Shown here: in pieces, positions 15,832 to 20,000 of the stretch | How the letters are laid out: each line of letters starts with the position of its first letter | Numbering within the stretch: the first letter of the stretch is position 1 | IMG/VR virus record: IMGVR_UViG_3300025131_000022 | Length of the DNA stretch: 20,000 nucleotides | Reading direction: 5' to 3' (one strand) | DNA from: an uncultured virus (IMG/VR IMGVR_UViG_3300025131_000022) | Taxonomy: Duplodnaviria; Heunggongvirae; Uroviricota; Caudoviricetes | Translations under genes and position numbers: made by a program | Notes under the pieces: generated by a model | Database searches by the model: none | The model's input: only the letters and a program-made list of their open reading frames with translations | What the model was told of the DNA's origin: nothing

Positions 15832-17620
15832 CTGTATATTCTGATAATATTGTTACACTTGCCGAAGTAAGTGGTATTAATGCTGGTCCTACAGCTTCTA
15901 TTTTAAATTCCAAATTAAAATAAGGATAGTGAGCGTCATTTAAATAAGGATAACTTACGCCATTAGTATCATCTTCATAAAATTCTATTGGCAAAATTTC
16001 TCTCCATCTAAATGTGGTCTCTGATAAAGAATAAACAGCATACTGTGGGGATGTAAACAGACTATCATTATAACTTATATAATTAGAGAATTTTTTTATA
16101 GATATTCTATGATGAGGTTGGTATTTAAAAATTGATTCTACAAAGTCATATGGTGTACCTCCTGACTTATACATTGTATTTCTATTGAATTGTAGGGAAT
16201 GTCCTATATCTGAAATTCTACGTTCTTTTAACTCAAAAGGATTATACTCTACAAAAGCCCCTCTTAAGGTATGTCCCGTTGCTGGTAATGGGTCTACACC
16301 CAAATTACCATTTTGTGTTAAATTAACTGGGTGTACTGAGTTATCTACAAAAGGGTCAACAACGCCATTTTTCCTAAAATTCCAACCCCATCCATACCCC
16401 GCTGGGCTGAAATTACCACCTACATCCCAATCCCATATCAAATTTTTATTTGTAGTTAAAATAGTTAAATATAAATCCGATATAGGCCTATTTAAATTAT
16501 CGTAGTACATATCTACATTTATATTGCCATTAGTATTCCATAAATAAGAATTGTATTCCTGATACCGAACTGTTTTTAATTCAGCGTCATGTGTTCTTCT
16601 AGGTTGAAATACCCTACCTTTTTCATCAAATATACCTCTTTCAAATCCTGTTCTATCTAATGTATACTGATTTGGGTGGGTTATTAAGGTATGAATATGT
16701 GTATAGTACTCTGACCTCGTTTCTGCTAAATTATCTAAATTTATTATTCTTTTTAATGTGCCTACTGGATTTGTGGGTATAGAGGTTACGTCCAATCCTG
16801 TTGTTTGGATGTTTATTATAAATTTTTCTGAATTTGCTAATCCATTTCCTAAAGAAGATACCGTAAATGTATTTTGTGGTGGTGCTGGTGTAGTTGTTCC
16901 CATTATGACGGGTGAGAAAGTGGACACTATAGGAACATCAATTACAAGATTGGCAGGCGGAATAGCAACAGCAGTAGATTGCATCTCTATATGTTCTCCC
17001 GGTATTAATCCATGTTCGACGGGGGTGATTATTTGTAAAACTTCATGTCCATTAACAGTTGTTACTAGTGGTTGGAATGGGATTCCATCTCCTGCCACAA
17101 ATTGTATTCCGGATGGGGTGGCATAATCAGTATAGTATTCCATGGTTTGTCCTGAATCCTGACCTGATATATAAGAAATATACTGCATCCATGTATCCTG
17201 GTATGCTAACAACGGTTCAAAAAACGGAGTGGTACTTATTCCATATCTTCTTTCCGGTATAAATGAAAAAATTTCTGCTGGTGGTAATCCAAGACATGTT
17301 GCTGGTGGTACCCCACTTACTATTGGGCACCCTACCCAGTCTGGTAAAAAATACATTGATTTCATAAAAGAATTATCTGCAGTTTCTCCTGTTATAATAT
17401 TATTAAATAAAACATCTATTTTTCCGTATGGTCTATATATAGTACAATATTCACGTTCAAAAGCAAATTGTTCCCTTAAATCTAATACTAGATTTCTATC
17501 TCCTTGTATTAAATTTCTTCTAGTCGCGGATAATAAAGGTTGCATTACCATCTCCTTATTAGCTGAGCCCGCAAATCTAGCTTCACCTCTTACTATTCTT
17601 GTATTTTTTTCGTTACTCAT
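15818..17620 (-). CDS. Conserved hypothetical phage protein, probably structural, 600 aa
   Basis: Start is coupled to the previous stop by a TAATG overlap at 17618-17622. IITPVEHGLIPGEHIEM matches the T-x-x-x-HGL-x-x-G-x-x-I beta-barrel motif common in phage tail/baseplate proteins. Confidence 0.8.
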   Translation of the reverse strand: MSNEKNTRIVRGEARFAGSANKEMVMQPLLSATRRNLIQGDRNLVLDLREQFAFEREYCTIYRPYGKIDVLFNNIITGETADNSFMKSMYFLPDWVGCPIVSGVPPATCLGLPPAEIFSFIPERRYGISTTPFFEPLLAYQDTWMQYISYISGQDSGQTMEYYTDYATPSGIQFVAGDGIPFQPLVTTVNGHEVLQIITPVEHGLIPGEHIEMQSTAVAIPPANLVIDVPIVSTFSPVIMGTTTPAPPQNTFTVSSLGNGLANSEKFIINIQTTGLDVTSIPTNPVGTLKRIINLDNLAETRSEYYTHIHTLITHPNQYTLDRTGFERGIFDEKGRVFQPRRTHDAELKTVRYQEYNSYLWNTNGNINVDMYYDNLNRPISDLYLTILTTNKNLIWDWDVGGNFSPAGYGWGWNFRKNGVVDPFVDNSVHPVNLTQNGNLGVDPLPATGHTLRGAFVEYNPFELKERRISDIGHSLQFNRNTMYKSGGTPYDFVESIFKYQPHHRISIKKFSNYISYNDSLFTSPQYAVYSLSETTFRWREILPIEFYEDDTNGVSYPYLNDAHYPYFNLEFKIEAVGPALIPLTSASVTILSEYTDGCQ

Positions 17621-20000
17621 TATATAACTGTATCTGCTAATTCTTCATCCACATATTTTCTAAGAAATATATTATAAGATGTTTCTCCTGGTCTTAAACC
17701 AAAATAATAAAATAATGGTTGAGAGAAATTTATTGGGTCCGTACTATCAGGTGTTAATACAGGATAATTACCTGGATGTAGATATGGTCCGTTATCAAAT
17801 GATGACCAAGCCCAAGGTTGTCCAAACATATTATTTTGATACAGTCCATCATATATATATGGAGGTGCACTAGGTACTCCGAAGATATTACACTGAACAT
17901 TACTTGCCATTGGTGGAATTGTTGTTCCCATTATTACTGCAGCTGACCACTTAAATTTATAACATCCTCTGGTCCCCATCCAATCATTATAATGACCTCC
18001 CATACCACCGTTTCCTGATGAAGGAGAAAACCTCCAAGGATAGAATGGTACCGACTGAGTAGATTGTGATAAATCTAATGTAAGACAATTTATTAAATTC
18101 TGACCATCCATTATAGTTTGTGTTTGACCGGTAAATAAATGAGGTTCCCATATAATATTATGTTGGTGCCCATTATTTCCTAAATCAGGAACATTGAGTG
18201 CATATTGCACATAAGTTCCCGCTGTAAAATTAGGTTCTGGATATTCTAATCCTCCTGTTGCACCAGTGGAAACAACGGGTAAACTGAATCCATCATATAC
18301 CCCATTTGTTATTGAACACTCACATCCCGTATTACGCATATTAGCTTCATAACCAAATACCCCTAACATACAATTTTGCATTATTGCTTGTGCTACATCA
18401 CCACCAATTTCGTGTTCCGGTCTAGGGAAGAAGGTAGACATTGTTGCTTTAGGGAACATCATCTTAAGATTGTATATATCTGAAACCAAATTAGTAATAT
18501 CCTGGAATGTGGTGCTTCCAATTTGGTCAGTTACTGAACAATCCGTAGAAAACTGTGGGTCTAAACATATTTGTTGTATACATTGATTTCTCGAGCCCAT
18601 ATCCACCATCGTAGTTGGGAATAAAATATGTCTATACATATCACCGTCTGCATGGTGACTTCCACTACTTCCGGCAAAAGGCTTCCACCAAGGATTATAT
18701 ACTCCATCTGTATCGCCGATAAAATTACCGTTCGCTAGATTAGGTCCCGTAATCAGAAATGGTGTAGACCTATAATAAAAAGTATGTTCCGTTGGGTGTA
18801 AATAAGTTAATTTTTTACACCATCTTGAGTCAGTTACGTATGTTCCCTCTGGATACTGTGATGATGTCTCATCAAATTGTAATTTAGCCTTAAATTGGAA
18901 CATGTATAAGAATCCGTTTACCCAGTTATTCTCCCAAAAATAATTCATAATCCCATTACATAAACCTACTGCTATTTTTTCTCTTCTTGTCCATTCTACT
19001 AATACCGTTAAATTCATATTATTAGTTAAGCATTGAATTCCATTCATACAAAAGATTTTAACATAACAGCCACCACCCGCTATACCATCATTTACAGAGG
19101 TTGATTGTGGATTTATTCCCACATCTGAATTAAAACCATAATGGTCGGGGCAACATACTCTTACATCATCACTCTCACCACAACAATCATGTTCGTACTT
19201 ACCTCCCATACTATTAGTTTGAGCCTGACCAGGAGGACATTGTGGGATACCACATGGTGACCCTCCTCCACCTGTCTGTGTTATTGCGGGATTATTAGGG
19301 TTAGGGTCGGGACATGGCCATTTAGTAACTAGATATGCAAAGGAATCTTCCCAATACGTTGGTGGGTTAGTGTTAGGTTCAATTGTTCCAATATTTGTTC
19401 TACACATACACTTTTCACATTCAGGATATTTTGTTTGTCTCAACTTAAATAATATAAATCCGAGTCTAATACCAAACATTTGACAGTCTGCACCACATTT
19501 AAATCCTTCTAAACTAATTTCACCACACATAGTAGGTGGTGCAGCTCCAGAGCCTAGAAGAGTTGACATACGGAATAGTGTGTAACCCCAAATCGTTATA
19601 TGTATACAATAAATAAGACACCATAAAAGACACAGGAGCCATATTATAAACATTACAATATATAAAATAAGAACTAAGAAAATAAACATCAGAGATAGCA
19701 TGACGGTAATCATCATATAAATCATGCCTAAAAAATCTATTAAAAACATCCATAAGAAAGTAATAAGATTAGGACTTCTAACCGCACTATTAATTGGGAA
19801 AAACATTGCTGTCGTAGAACATTGTTCATCCGCTGATGGTAATATTTCTTTTACCCCAATAAATTGTCTTCTACCACCATGTTTAATATGGTCATGAAAT
19901 TGTGAAAAAGTATAAACCCTATTAAAGGTCATATCATAGAATACGTCTTTTGCTGCCGGAATCATATTTTTTTGTGCCCATGGATGATAATCACTATAGT
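17620..20000 (-). CDS. Large hypothetical phage protein, 5'-truncated (>781 aa), with a long hydrophobic segment and Cys-rich inserts
   Basis: The frame stays open upstream of the track's ATG at 19965 (..YSDYHPWAQKN-MIPAAK..) to the window edge, so the true start is probably outside the window. A ~65-aa hydrophobic stretch lies at 19573-19767. The protein ends YFGLRPGETSYNIFLRKYV... Confidence 0.85.
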   Translation of the reverse strand, partial: YSDYHPWAQKNMIPAAKDVFYDMTFNRVYTFSQFHDHIKHGGRRQFIGVKEILPSADEQCSTTAMFFPINSAVRSPNLITFLWMFLIDFLGMIYMMITVMLSLMFIFLVLILYIVMFIIWLLCLLWCLIYCIHITIWGYTLFRMSTLLGSGAAPPTMCGEISLEGFKCGADCQMFGIRLGFILFKLRQTKYPECEKCMCRTNIGTIEPNTNPPTYWEDSFAYLVTKWPCPDPNPNNPAITQTGGGGSPCGIPQCPPGQAQTNSMGGKYEHDCCGESDDVRVCCPDHYGFNSDVGINPQSTSVNDGIAGGGCYVKIFCMNGIQCLTNNMNLTVLVEWTRREKIAVGLCNGIMNYFWENNWVNGFLYMFQFKAKLQFDETSSQYPEGTYVTDSRWCKKLTYLHPTEHTFYYRSTPFLITGPNLANGNFIGDTDGVYNPWWKPFAGSSGSHHADGDMYRHILFPTTMVDMGSRNQCIQQICLDPQFSTDCSVTDQIGSTTFQDITNLVSDIYNLKMMFPKATMSTFFPRPEHEIGGDVAQAIMQNCMLGVFGYEANMRNTGCECSITNGVYDGFSLPVVSTGATGGLEYPEPNFTAGTYVQYALNVPDLGNNGHQHNIIWEPHLFTGQTQTIMDGQNLINCLTLDLSQSTQSVPFYPWRFSPSSGNGGMGGHYNDWMGTRGCYKFKWSAAVIMGTTIPPMASNVQCNIFGVPSAPPYIYDGLYQNNMFGQPWAWSSFDNGPYLHPGNYPVLTPDSTDPINFSQPLFYYFGLRPGETSYNIFLRKYVDEELADTVI

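Noticed and set aside
2617..17873. Short plus-strand ORFs in the track (2617, 6132, 6958, 9516, 10359, 11656, 13958, 15198, 16185, 16758, 17059, 17229, 17679)
   Set aside because: All lie antisense within long minus-strand genes and show no recognisable motifs. They are typical shadow ORFs.
4666..19753. Short alternative-frame minus-strand ORFs (4666, 7323, 9690, 11493, 11694, 12168, 19520)
   Set aside because: They are nested in longer ORFs, and their V/M/I/L-rich composition is what off-frame reading of TGT/GGT/AAT-rich codons produces.
1..20000. Eukaryotic origin (e.g. protist Cys-rich surface antigen locus)
   Set aside because: There are no introns, signal peptide or GPI/TM tail on the giant protein. 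Genes overlap in operon fashion and neighbour a baseplate-wedge-like gene.

Overview
AT-rich window holding one tightly packed minus-strand gene cluster with overlapping or near-adjacent stop/start codons, no introns and no obvious Shine-Dalgarno sites. It most likely comes from the virion structural (baseplate/tail) module of a large tailed phage, possibly infecting Bacteroidota. Gene order in transcription direction: >781 aa (5'-truncated, long hydrophobic segment), 600 aa, 315 aa, 2953 aa giant Cys/Gly/Pro-rich modular protein, 73 aa, 306 aa, 1058 aa (P2 gpI/T4 gp7-like baseplate wedge motifs) and a >487 aa ORF that the ORF track missed because it runs off the left edge. The standout is the giant protein. 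It has a PKD-like N-terminal part followed by about 2480 aa of at least three interleaved Cys-rich repeat families. A 54-codon continuation of these repeats lies in the -1 frame across its stop codon. The next 73-aa ORF looks like the detached C-terminus of the ancestral short protein. No RNA genes, CRISPR arrays or mobile elements were seen. All family assignments come from motif recognition by eye, not from database searches.
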